64,000 bases of DNA from Desulfobacterales bacterium (GTDB lineage Bacteria > Desulfobacterota > Desulfobacteria > Desulfobacterales > UBA5616). Location: contig JAWODC010000088.1 of NCBI GenBank assembly GCA_046483495.1, positions 1 through 64,000 of the forward strand, given 5' to 3'. Below the pieces are notes generated by a model that was not told the origin of the DNA, did not search any database, and saw nothing but the letters and a program-made list of their open reading frames with translations. How positions within the stretch are numbered: the first letter of the stretch is position 1; every line of letters begins with the position of its first letter. The translations under genes and the position numbers were made by a program. Of this stretch, positions 40,489 through 49,477 are shown one piece after another.

Positions 40489-40807
40489 GTAGGAACAGAA
40501 GTATCGAAGACCGGAATACCATTTCCGGTCTTTGATTAAAAAACGGCTTCATTCTACAAAGAGTGAAAAAGACACAACTCCCGGGCATTCAGTTGACCGT
40601 GAGCTCCGACCGCTGGCGTCCGGTAGAAGTTATGGGAACGGGCTAACAGGATTGAACGGTAATCCATGGATGCTTTTTATTATTGTTCTCGCTTTCCTGA
40701 TTTTGTTGGCGGGAATCATGTGGGCCTTGCCATCGGAAAAGGATCGCATCCCACGGTTTGTCATCTGTCGAACGAGAAAATACATTGATTATCCTGCCTG
40801 AAACGCT

Positions 40808-41251
40808 TTACAAAACATAAGGAACCTTAAGATTATAATTCTTGAACACAACAAAGGTTTCGGTTGACTGTACACCCTGAATTCTGGACATTTCGATCTT
40901 GAAAAAATCAAGCAGTTCAAAATCATCGTTAACTAAAGCAGTGAGCATCAGGTCGTATCGGCCCGTGACAACGGCTACGGAGACGACCCCTTTAAGCTCG
41001 GAAAACTCTTTTCCCTTTTCTTCAAGGTCCATGGTGTTCACTTTCACACCCACCATCACCACCTGATGCCCATGCAGCTTGTCCGGATCCACCCGTCCGG
41101 TGACGTCCAGTAAGCCCTGTTCCGTCATATTGTGAATCCTGGACCGTATCGTATTGTGGGAAACTTTTAATTTTTCGGCAATGGCGGTATAAAGTTTACG
41201 CCCGTCCTGTAATTGCCTAATGATATTGATATTCATTTCATCCACTTTCAT
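40808..41251 (-). CDS. Lrp/AsnC-family transcriptional regulator
   Basis: 'LQDGRK.YTAIAEKLKVSHNTIRSRI', 'VTGRYDL', 'STETF'. Confidence 0.92.
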   Translation of the reverse strand: MKVDEMNINIIRQLQDGRKLYTAIAEKLKVSHNTIRSRIHNMTEQGLLDVTGRVDPDKLHGHQVVMVGVKVNTMDLEEKGKEFSELKGVVSVAVVTGRYDLMLTALVNDDFELLDFFKIEMSRIQGVQSTETFVVFKNYNLKVPYVL

Positions 41252-41431
41252 CGCACCTCCATTTTCAGGTCTTAGGAAAATAATACCATTCAATGTTATA
41301 GGAAACGTATTTTGATATTTGTGTCAAATATTAACAAAAATATTGACATTAATCAAAATTAATCATTAAATAATTTACAAATTATCATATCATGAATTGA
41401 ATATCATTTACGCTTTCCAGGCTTATTTATC

Positions 41432-42829
41432 ATGAACGGTGCGAATCTATCCCGCCTGATGAATCCAAGGGCGATAACGGTAATCGGTGCAAGCAACCGC
41501 GAGGGTGCGCCGGGAAAAATCATATTTAAAGGGTTGATGGGATCTCTTCGCAGGCTGTATCCGGTTCATCCAGCAGAAAAGGAGATACTGGGACACCCTG
41601 CAGTGCCGTCCGTTACGCTTCTTCCACCGGATATCGATTTGGCCGTTATCAGCACCAACGCCGAAGAGGCGTTGAAGTCCGCATATGACTGCGCCAAACA
41701 GAGAATCCCCTTTATTATCGTCGTATCATCGGGTTTTGGCGAAGCCGGCCAGTACGGCATCGAGCTTGAAAACAAGCTCCGTGATATTCCAGAGCGGTTT
41801 GGAAGCCGCATCCTTGGGCCCAATTCCCTCGGCATATTCATTCCGGTGGAACGGCTGGATACCCTCTTTGTCGAGCATGGTGACCGGTCACTGGCTGCGG
41901 GTGGCGGTATCGCATTCGTCACCCAGAGCGGATCAGTGGGAGTGGAGGCCTTGGGACTTGCCGGCAATATGGGATTCGGCCTACGCGCCTTCGTGGGGCT
42001 GGGAAACAAATGTGATCTGGATGAGTTGGATTTTCTACAATACTTCGCCAATGATCCTGAAACGGATTGCCTGGCGTTTTATCTTGAAAACATCGAGCAT
42101 GGCATGACGTTTCTCGAGGAAGCAAAAGCCTTAGCCAAAACAAAACCCGTGGTCATCCTCAAGGCAGGACGAACCCCTGGGGGCATCAAGGCCGTATCCA
42201 GCCATACCGGGCGAATGGCGGGATCGGACGACATCATAAACGGTCTTTTCAGGCAATACTGCATCATCCGGGCAGCCGATGACGAAGAATTGTGCGATGC
42301 AGCAAAAACCCTGTCCATGCTGCCTCTCCCCGAAGGAAACCGTGTGGCCGTGGTTACGCCCGCCGGCGGTTTCGGGGTCATTTGTGTGGATTATATCGAA
42401 TCCTCCTATCGTGGAACAGATCTCCAACTTGCCCAACCGGCGCCCCAAACCCTTGAAAGAATTCGGCAGAAGGTTCTGCCTTTTGCCTCCATGGGCAATC
42501 CGGTGGATTTGACTGCCGGAGCAGATGATGCCATGTTTGGCACAACGCTGGATGCGCTGTTGGAAGATGATGGTGTAGACATTGTCATTTGTACGGCCTT
42601 TTTTGCACCTCCCGCCGTATCCGACCGCTTGATCGATGAAATTGCCGCGAGAGTCCGCTTGTCAAAAAAACCGATTATCGTATTCACCCAGTACGGCCCC
42701 TTTACCGACCTGTATTTAAAGCGAATGCACAGTGCCGGGGTGGTGGGATTCCCATCCATTTCAAGGGCCGTTCGTGCAGTACGAATATTGGTGGAACGGC
42801 GGAATCTTTTGAAAAGGCTATCCGTTTAG
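41432..42829 (+). CDS. ADP-forming acyl-CoA synthetase alpha subunit (AcdA-like)
   Basis: 'VIGAS', 'SSGFGE', 'LGPNSLG', 'QSGS', phospho-His 'SHTG', 'NPVDLT'. Confidence 0.9.
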   Translation: MNGANLSRLMNPRAITVIGASNREGAPGKIIFKGLMGSLRRLYPVHPAEKEILGHPAVPSVTLLPPDIDLAVISTNAEEALKSAYDCAKQRIPFIIVVSSGFGEAGQYGIELENKLRDIPERFGSRILGPNSLGIFIPVERLDTLFVEHGDRSLAAGGGIAFVTQSGSVGVEALGLAGNMGFGLRAFVGLGNKCDLDELDFLQYFANDPETDCLAFYLENIEHGMTFLEEAKALAKTKPVVILKAGRTPGGIKAVSSHTGRMAGSDDIINGLFRQYCIIRAADDEELCDAAKTLSMLPLPEGNRVAVVTPAGGFGVICVDYIESSYRGTDLQLAQPAPQTLERIRQKVLPFASMGNPVDLTAGADDAMFGTTLDALLEDDGVDIVICTAFFAPPAVSDRLIDEIAARVRLSKKPIIVFTQYGPFTDLYLKRMHSAGVVGFPSISRAVRAVRILVERRNLLKRLSV

Positions 42830-43087
42830 AGCCTGATATCGTTGAATAGTGCCTCAGAAATGGCTACTGTTTTGTTTGATTCGATGACTCTCGCACAGAG
42901 GCATGATGTGTTTTTTTGTGAGTTCTTTTCCCTTGAAATATTCAAGGACCGGAAATATTTCCGGTCTTTCTATTAGATGTTTTATAAAAATTAGGCAGGA
43001 ATAAGGACCCGAACTCATATTTATTCCCGCCGCTCCCGAAGAAGATACCTAAAACTGCTATACGATTCGGCATCGGATTCACCCTCC

Positions 43088-43651
43088 TCATGGTTCGTTA
43101 CGATATTGATGGGCATGCCCATGATCACCCTCCGCTTCTGCCTGGTTTGCGGGAATCATCTGCCGGTACTTTTCAGGCGCCATCTGATGTATTTCTTGCA
43201 CCAGTGAAACAAGATTCCACATTTCGGATTCACCATGGGTCGGAGAAAAGGCAGGCATTCCAGTCAGCTTGATCCCGTGCTTTATGGTCCAATATATCTG
43301 AGCGGTGCTGTATTCTTCCTGAATATGCCCGGTGGTCATGCTCGGGGGCTTCGGATATAATCCTTTGGCAAATTCCTTGGACGGCAAGTCCGGTGCGCCA
43401 TGGCAGAATCGACACATTTCATGGTAGTGAACAAAGGCAGCTTTTTCAGTATCCCCCGCTCCTATCTTCGGGACTTGAATATTGTCACTGCGCACGGCAA
43501 TGGAGCGATTCCGCAGCATCTCGATGTACCGGGCCGTTATATTCCAATGAGGTTTTGTCGCTGCAATGTTGTAAATGCCGGACCAGGCAAAAAAGAGCGC
43601 ACCACCCCCCAAAATCACCAGAACAATAAGAATGGTAAACACGTACTTCAT
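43088..43651 (-). CDS. Membrane-anchored monoheme cytochrome c with His-rich tail
   Basis: N-terminal TM helix, 'SGIYNIAA', CXXCH 'CRFCHG', 'HGIKLTGMPAF', tail 'DHGHAH'. Confidence 0.88.
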   Translation of the reverse strand: MKYVFTILIVLVILGGGALFFAWSGIYNIAATKPHWNITARYIEMLRNRSIAVRSDNIQVPKIGAGDTEKAAFVHYHEMCRFCHGAPDLPSKEFAKGLYPKPPSMTTGHIQEEYSTAQIYWTIKHGIKLTGMPAFSPTHGESEMWNLVSLVQEIHQMAPEKYRQMIPANQAEAEGDHGHAHQYRNEP

Positions 43652-44051
43652 GTGCACACCTCCAATCTGTTCAGGTTTTGAAACCGGTTCCAAGCGTCAT
43701 AAAAACCAGAACCTTACACCTGCCACGATCGGTTTCAGAGTCCTCGAAGGACCGGCCGAACAGGACCACCGCATAATCCCGCTGTTGAAGTAACTTACAA
43801 TTTTCGATACAAATCAAGAATGGGTTAATTAATGTATTTTCTTTATAATTCTGTAAATTGGGCAAGTACCCATCGGGAATCAGCCGTTTTTGCATCTTCA
43901 AATCAAATAATGGGTTAGGAAAATATTGACAACATCCGTTTAAACACATTAAGCATAAGGTATCAAAAATACATGTCATTTAAATATGAAGATCATCCTT
44001 TCAGAAAATGCAAGTCATCATTACACTTTTGATGTTGAGGTTTATGAGATC

Positions 44052-44183
44052 AGTGGCCATCCAGAAATAGGCAATTCCCGTGAATTCAAAGCGGGCGCAA
44101 GATCGAAACCGCTGGAATAGTGTGCTGTTTTGAGAATTTCGATTTTACGCCCAACGCAGAAATCGCGTTAAAGGGCCATTTAT
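44052..44183. repeat. Palindromic dispersed element, inverted copy of 30571-30714 with one end eroded
   Basis: AGTGGCCATCCAGAAATAGGCAATT...CAAGATCGAAACCGC...CCAACGCAGAAAT...AAAGGGCCATTTAT is collinear with the reverse complement of 30571-30714. Confidence 0.85.
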
Positions 44184-44201
44184 AAATATGGGAGGTTTAA
44201 A

Positions 44202-44561
44202 ATGCATATCGTCCATACGAAAGAAGTGCCAAAAAGTCCTCTAAAAGCCCCGCTCTTTACCGGAAATGATGTCAGTATTCAGCCCTTGATCCCCGAGGGT
44301 GGAGACTATAACATGAACATCGTAAACTTTGGGAGAGGCGTCAGAAATAAATTCCATGTGCATGAAAGTGACCAAATTTTGATCGTCACGGCCGGAAAGG
44401 GAATCGTGGCCACGGAGCAGGAGCAAAAGGAAGTTGCCGTAGGCGATATCATCCTGTTTCCCAAGGGTGAAAAGCACTGGCATGGAGCGACCGAAAATTC
44501 CGAATTTTCCCATATATACATAACAATGGCCGGTACCGATACCACTCAAATGGAAGATTAA
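44202..44561 (+). CDS. Cupin domain protein
   Basis: 'FHVHESDQIL', 'GDII.FP.GEKHWHGA'. Confidence 0.9.
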   Translation: MHIVHTKEVPKSPLKAPLFTGNDVSIQPLIPEGGDYNMNIVNFGRGVRNKFHVHESDQILIVTAGKGIVATEQEQKEVAVGDIILFPKGEKHWHGATENSEFSHIYITMAGTDTTQMED

Positions 44562-44630
44562 CGATAAGTCAGACAAATCAGGAAAAAAAGAAAGAATAAA
44601 ACCACGTTCGAAGCAACTTGGGAGGCTCTT

Positions 44631-45023
44631 ATGATTACAGAGGCAAAACCCGACGTAAAATATTTATCTTCCGAACAAATGAAAGGCCTGCCTTTTTCTG
44701 AAGCAGTACGGGTCGGACATATGCTATATCTATCCGGCATGATCGGAATGGATAGTACCAGGAAATTACGTTCAGGCGGAATTACGGCGGAGACGCGGCA
44801 AGTGATGGAAAACATGAAAGACACTCTTAAACGGCATGGTTCTTCGCTTGAGCATGTCATTAAAGTCACGGTAATGTTGGCTGATATGAATGAGTGGGCA
44901 GAAATGAACAAGATCTATGTGACCTATTTTCCTAAGAACCTGCCCGCTCGGAGCGCCCTGGGAGCCAATGGACTGGCCCTTGGTGCGCGAGTGGAAATCG
45001 AGTGCATTGCTGTCGTAAAATAG
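44631..45023 (+). CDS. RidA-family (YjgF/UK114) protein
   Basis: 'PFSEAV', 'LYLSG', 'PARS', 'VEIEC'. Confidence 0.92.
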   Translation: MITEAKPDVKYLSSEQMKGLPFSEAVRVGHMLYLSGMIGMDSTRKLRSGGITAETRQVMENMKDTLKRHGSSLEHVIKVTVMLADMNEWAEMNKIYVTYFPKNLPARSALGANGLALGARVEIECIAVVK

Positions 45024-45096
45024 AATTAAACTTGTCTTAATATGGTAGTTGGGATCGGATGGCTTGAACTTCTAAAAAAAATCTTGAGAGATAACA

Positions 45097-45681
45097 ATGA
45101 GCAAAATCAAGCTGGGAAAGAGAAATCTTCTTCTTCCCTATTTACCTGTTTTAGTGGGTACAAACGTCGGAGGCAAACCGAACTACATTACCATCGCCCT
45201 GGTCGGCTGGTTATGCTATGATGCAATATCCGTTTCTGTAGGCCGCGATCAGTATTCAAATGCAGGCATAAGAGAAAACAGAACGTTCAGCATTAACCAA
45301 CCTTCAGCCGAGATGGTGAAAGAGCTCGATTACTGCGGATTGTACAGCGGCAGAAAAGTGGATAAATCAGCGCTGTTTGAAAACTTCTACGGGGGGCTCG
45401 AAACCGCTCCCATGATTAAACAATGTCCTGTAAATATTGAATGCCGAGTAGTTCAAACAATAGAACGGCCGGTTCACACGATATTCATTGGAGAAGTGGC
45501 CGAAGTCTACTTTGATGAAGATTGCATGACAGGTGGTGTTCCTGACGTGTCCAAGGTCGATCCGATTTTTTTCGGTCCTGTCAAAGGCCGAACAGAGCTT
45601 GCCGGCTGTTATTATAAAATGGGGGACTATCTGGCACCCGCATGGAACGTAGGAAAAGAGCTAAAAGGCTCAAAAAAATGA
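45097..45681 (+). CDS. Flavin reductase-like (flavoredoxin) protein
   Basis: 'GKPNYIT', 'DYCGLYSG', 'APMIKQCPVNIEC', 'HTIFIGEV'. Confidence 0.88.
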   Translation: MSKIKLGKRNLLLPYLPVLVGTNVGGKPNYITIALVGWLCYDAISVSVGRDQYSNAGIRENRTFSINQPSAEMVKELDYCGLYSGRKVDKSALFENFYGGLETAPMIKQCPVNIECRVVQTIERPVHTIFIGEVAEVYFDEDCMTGGVPDVSKVDPIFFGPVKGRTELAGCYYKMGDYLAPAWNVGKELKGSKK

Positions 45682-45713
45682 GACGGGGTGCTCCGTTAGT
45701 GATTTTTCAGCAT

Positions 45714-45859
45714 TACAAGCTATCTCAAAATAAATATTTTGGTTCAAGATCAAGGCGGAACCGCATGTTAAGCCGCAGGCATACTCATGTATGTTGAGGA
45801 CTTAACATGCTGTTCCAACAAAGATATTGGGGCAAAAGATTATTTTGAGATAGCTTGTA
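45714..45859. repeat. 146-bp palindromic element with a perfect 20-bp terminal inverted repeat
   Basis: TACAAGCTATCTCAAAATAA...TTATTTTGAGATAGCTTGTA; internal TCAAGGCGG, CCGCAGGCATAC/GTATGTTGAGGA and CCAAC landmarks as in the other copies. Confidence 0.85.
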
Positions 45860-45895
45860 TCCTTTTTTCAATCATCTTCTGCAGGAGAAGCCCGA

Positions 45896-46843
45896 ATGAT
45901 CATCGACAGTCATGTGCATTTGTTTTATGAGAATTCCGATCCCGAGTCCTGGTTTATCGGTTCGGCAAGAGCGGGATTAGCCGCTCTGAATCGGATTACC
46001 GGCGAAAGAGCCGATCCATTCGAGTTCTACACCCAAATCGCCCCCCTTTTGTATGACAGAAACGGGGATAGGCTGGTGGGATGGATGGACGAGGCAGGGA
46101 TCGATCGGGCCGTTCTTCTGCCGATCGATCTGCGACTGCTGGCGGACGAACCTTCGACATCGGAATTTCATTTTCCCTCCATTCAAGAGAAAAACAATAC
46201 CTATTTCGAGGCGGTTCGTCGGCACAAAGGACGGCTCTTTTCATGCGCCGGGGTGGATCCCCGGAGGAAAAACGCGGTCGAATTGTTTCGGAAAGGTGTG
46301 GAAAAGTGGGGTATGATTGGGATAAAGCTTCATCCCACCGCCGGATATTATCCTCATGATTCCACCTGTTATCCGATATACGAGGCGGCCAGGGAATTCA
46401 ATGTGCCGGTAATCATCCACTCAGGAAGTGAACCGGCGCCGCTGAAGTGTCACTATTCCCAACCCAAATACATCGATGCGGTGGCCGCCGATTTTCCCGA
46501 GGTCATCTTTGTCATCGCCCACTGCGGGCACGGGTGGTACAAGGAGGCGGTGGACCTGGCTACCATGAAACCCAACATCTACTGTGATTTTTCCGGGTGG
46601 CAGGTAGAGTACCTCACCGGTGCAGACTATTTCTTCGGGCCGCTGCGCTACGCCCTCGACTTCCTCGGTCCATGGCGGGTGATGTTCGGCACGGATGGTC
46701 CGGCATACACCATGTTTATGAGCAACAAGAACTGGGTGGAAGTGGTCCGCAGCGCCGAGTCCCCTTCGGGAATCCAATTTTCCAGGGAGGAGATGGACAT
46801 TTTTCTGGGCGGTGCCGCTGCTCGACTGTATGGGTGGGATTGA
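45896..46843 (+). CDS. Amidohydrolase_2 family metal-dependent hydrolase/decarboxylase
   Basis: 'IIDSHVH', 'GIKLHP', 'IHSG', 'AHCG', 'MFGTDGP'. Confidence 0.9.
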   Translation: MIIDSHVHLFYENSDPESWFIGSARAGLAALNRITGERADPFEFYTQIAPLLYDRNGDRLVGWMDEAGIDRAVLLPIDLRLLADEPSTSEFHFPSIQEKNNTYFEAVRRHKGRLFSCAGVDPRRKNAVELFRKGVEKWGMIGIKLHPTAGYYPHDSTCYPIYEAAREFNVPVIIHSGSEPAPLKCHYSQPKYIDAVAADFPEVIFVIAHCGHGWYKEAVDLATMKPNIYCDFSGWQVEYLTGADYFFGPLRYALDFLGPWRVMFGTDGPAYTMFMSNKNWVEVVRSAESPSGIQFSREEMDIFLGGAAARLYGWD

Positions 46844-47103
46844 CGGCTGACGATCCGTTTTTGGTTCATTGTTTTTTTACTTGGTCTGGTATTCACATTG
46901 GCCCGCTCTTCCAAAACATTCCTGGTGTTGCGTGCACGTGATGTCGGGATGGCGGGAGGCACTAAATGAATTGTCGACTTATTTGCCTGGAAATACGTCA
47001 AATGATAGTATAAAAATAAGAGCTTTAGAGGAAAAAGATCCGTTGAACAGATCAAAAGGCATTATTATGGATAAACATAAACCCGAATGGATAAGGAGAA
47101 ATT

Positions 47104-47502
47104 ATGTTTCTAAGATCGTTGATCATTTTTATTTTGGCCGGCACTTTGACGTTGTCAGCCGGTTTTGCATCGGCTTCTGACCAGGAAAGAGCCCGGGAAA
47201 GAATTCACATGCAGGAGCAGACGCAAATATACGGAAGCCGGCTTATGACACCTGAAGAACGGACCCAATTTCATGAAAGAATGCGCGCTGCAGAAACAGA
47301 ACAGGATCGTGAGCAGATCCGCAATGAGCATCACGAAATGATACAGGAGCGCGCCAAGGAAAGAGGAATAACCATGCCCGATGGAACACCCGCTGGAGAG
47401 CATCGGATGAATTCAGGCGCCGGCTCATTTACGAATCCAGGTGGTGGAATGGGCCAGGGCTCCAGAGGAGGCATGGGACACGGTGGCCGCCGTAATCGTT
47501 GA
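47104..47502 (+). CDS. Hypothetical exported protein with Gly-rich tail
   Basis: AAGGAG RBS, signal peptide, 'IYGSRLMTPEER...EHHE.IQERA'. Confidence 0.75.
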   Translation: MFLRSLIIFILAGTLTLSAGFASASDQERARERIHMQEQTQIYGSRLMTPEERTQFHERMRAAETEQDREQIRNEHHEMIQERAKERGITMPDGTPAGEHRMNSGAGSFTNPGGGMGQGSRGGMGHGGRRNR

Positions 47503-47539
47503 CCTGATACAAACTTGAGATTGGGTGGTGGATTTGGTA

Positions 47540-49051
47540 TCAAGAAAGAAGTCTTTTTAACAGCTTGCCTGTGGGGGTTCGCGGCAGTTCATCGACGAAT
47601 TCAATCGATGTGGGGCATTTGATTTTTGACAATCTGCTTCTGCAATATGTGATGAGTTCTATTTCCATTTCGGGTCCGGCCTCGGAAGGTTCATTCAGCT
47701 GGACAACACCTTTGGGTGTTTCCCCAAAATCTTCATGCGGTACTCCGATAACGGCCACATCCAATACTTTTGGGTGCGTGATGAGAACGTTTTCAGCTTC
47801 TTGGGGATAGATATTCACGCCGCCTGAAATGATCATATTGCTTTTGCGGTCTGTCAGGTAAAGGTAGCCTTCTTCATCAACATAGCCTACATCGTTTATG
47901 GTTGACCACCCCTGCGAGGTGTGTGCTGATGCTGTTTTTTGGGGGTCGTTGTGATATTCAAAGGATTGACCGTCGGCAAAATAGATCGTTCCGATTTTCC
48001 CGGCGGGCATTTCATTTAAATCGTCGTCAAGAATTTTAATAGTGCCCAATATCGCTTTTCCCACGGATCCCTTGTTTTGCAGCCACTCTTCCGATTTAAT
48101 GACAGTCAAGCCGTTCATTTCAGATCCGGTATAGTACTCGAATAATATTGGTCCCCACCAGGCGATCATTTTTTCTTTGATCGCGATTGGAATCGGTGCA
48201 GCCGAATGGATGGCGACCCGGTGAGAAGACAGATCATATCCGCTTCTATCCTCATGGGACAATTTCAGCATTCTGATGAACATGGTGGGCACCCATTGGC
48301 TGTGGGTCACCTTGTATTTATCCAGAATTTCAATCGCCGCCAAAGCATCGAATTTTTCCATAATAACGACCGTGGCGCCGACGTTGATGCATATGATGAC
48401 AAACCGGAGAGGTCCTGCGTGGTATAAAGGGGCGGGAGACAGATAAACGGCGTCTTCGTTGATGTCAAATAAGCTGGTAACAAGATCGGCAGCCGGCGAC
48501 ATTTCACCGAATGCCAGATCCGGGAGGTTCACCTTGATTCCCTTGGGGCGCCCCGTTGTGCCGGAAGAATAGACCATGTCCTTGCCCGTCTTTTCATCAG
48601 GGATGGGTTCTGCGGGATAGGATGCGATTACGTCGTCATAAGATGTATAATTGTCTTGGCAGCCGCCAATCATGAAGCGGGCGTTTAGCGAAGGGGGCGG
48701 ATGCAGCTCATCTGCCAAATCCCTTTTCGCCCATGAGGTGAAGAGTACTCTGGCCCCGCAATCATTGAGAATATATTCGATCTCGGAAGGATTGAGATGA
48801 ATGCTGATGGGCGTATATATGAGACCGGAACGGTCGGCGGCCATGCAGATCTCGATAAAGCGCGGATGGTTTTCCATCAGTATGGCGATGGTGTCGCCAT
48901 AACGGAGCCCCAGATCCCTGAACAAATGGGCACATCGATTGGCCCCGGATTCGAGCGCGCTGCTGGTGATTGTTTCGCCGGACGAGCCCATGATGACAGA
49001 GGGCTTGTCAGGCATTTCCAAAGCCAGCTGTCGGGCTTTAAACAGAGCCAT
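47540..49051 (-). CDS. AMP-forming acyl-CoA synthetase
   Basis: 'YSSGTTGRPKG', 'APLYH', 'EYYTGSE', 'DRKSNMIISGGVNIYPQE', 'LPRTPTGK'. Confidence 0.93.
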   Translation of the reverse strand: MALFKARQLALEMPDKPSVIMGSSGETITSSALESGANRCAHLFRDLGLRYGDTIAILMENHPRFIEICMAADRSGLIYTPISIHLNPSEIEYILNDCGARVLFTSWAKRDLADELHPPPSLNARFMIGGCQDNYTSYDDVIASYPAEPIPDEKTGKDMVYSSGTTGRPKGIKVNLPDLAFGEMSPAADLVTSLFDINEDAVYLSPAPLYHAGPLRFVIICINVGATVVIMEKFDALAAIEILDKYKVTHSQWVPTMFIRMLKLSHEDRSGYDLSSHRVAIHSAAPIPIAIKEKMIAWWGPILFEYYTGSEMNGLTVIKSEEWLQNKGSVGKAILGTIKILDDDLNEMPAGKIGTIYFADGQSFEYHNDPQKTASAHTSQGWSTINDVGYVDEEGYLYLTDRKSNMIISGGVNIYPQEAENVLITHPKVLDVAVIGVPHEDFGETPKGVVQLNEPSEAGPEMEIELITYCRSRLSKIKCPTSIEFVDELPRTPTGKLLKRLLS

Positions 49052-49080
49052 ATGAAAAGCCTCCTTTCCGGGGCCGCCAT

Positions 49081-49461
49081 TTATACCAGCGCCATCAGCC
49101 GTTCCTGAAGGGATTCCAGCTTGTCAAACGGATGAAATACCTCTCTTACACCGAGTCCGCGAATATACAATTCGTCCTTTTCCGACACAATGCCCCCGAC
49201 GACCACGGGAATATTCGGGATATTATGCTTATCCAGCTCTTTAAACAGTATTTCCATAACCACCCGTGGCGATGCATCCATCAGCCTGCAGCCGATGATA
49301 TCGACATCCTCCTGGATAGCGGTTCTGACAATTTCTTTGGGTGTTTGGATGCCCCCCAAAACGACCTCGAAACCTGCATTGGAAAGGGCCTTTGCGACGA
49401 CGTGGTAGCCCCTGGCATGATACCAGTCGTCTCGACTCAGCAGCATTTTAGGCTTTTTCAT
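49081..49461 (-). CDS. Cobalamin-binding small subunit of an acyl-CoA mutase (IcmB/HcmB-like), atypical motif
   Basis: 'HARG...AL..AGFEV', 'QTP.EIV..AIQEDVD.IG', 'VVVGGIV'; GGGAGG RBS. Confidence 0.85.
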   Translation of the reverse strand: MKKPKMLLSRDDWYHARGYHVVAKALSNAGFEVVLGGIQTPKEIVRTAIQEDVDIIGCRLMDASPRVVMEILFKELDKHNIPNIPVVVGGIVSEKDELYIRGLGVREVFHPFDKLESLQERLMALV

Positions 49462-49477
49462 GATGATTGAACCTCCC

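Noticed and set aside
40532..40801. 89-aa ORF with one hydrophobic segment
   Set aside because: TTG start without RBS, in a region of gene debris; insufficient evidence
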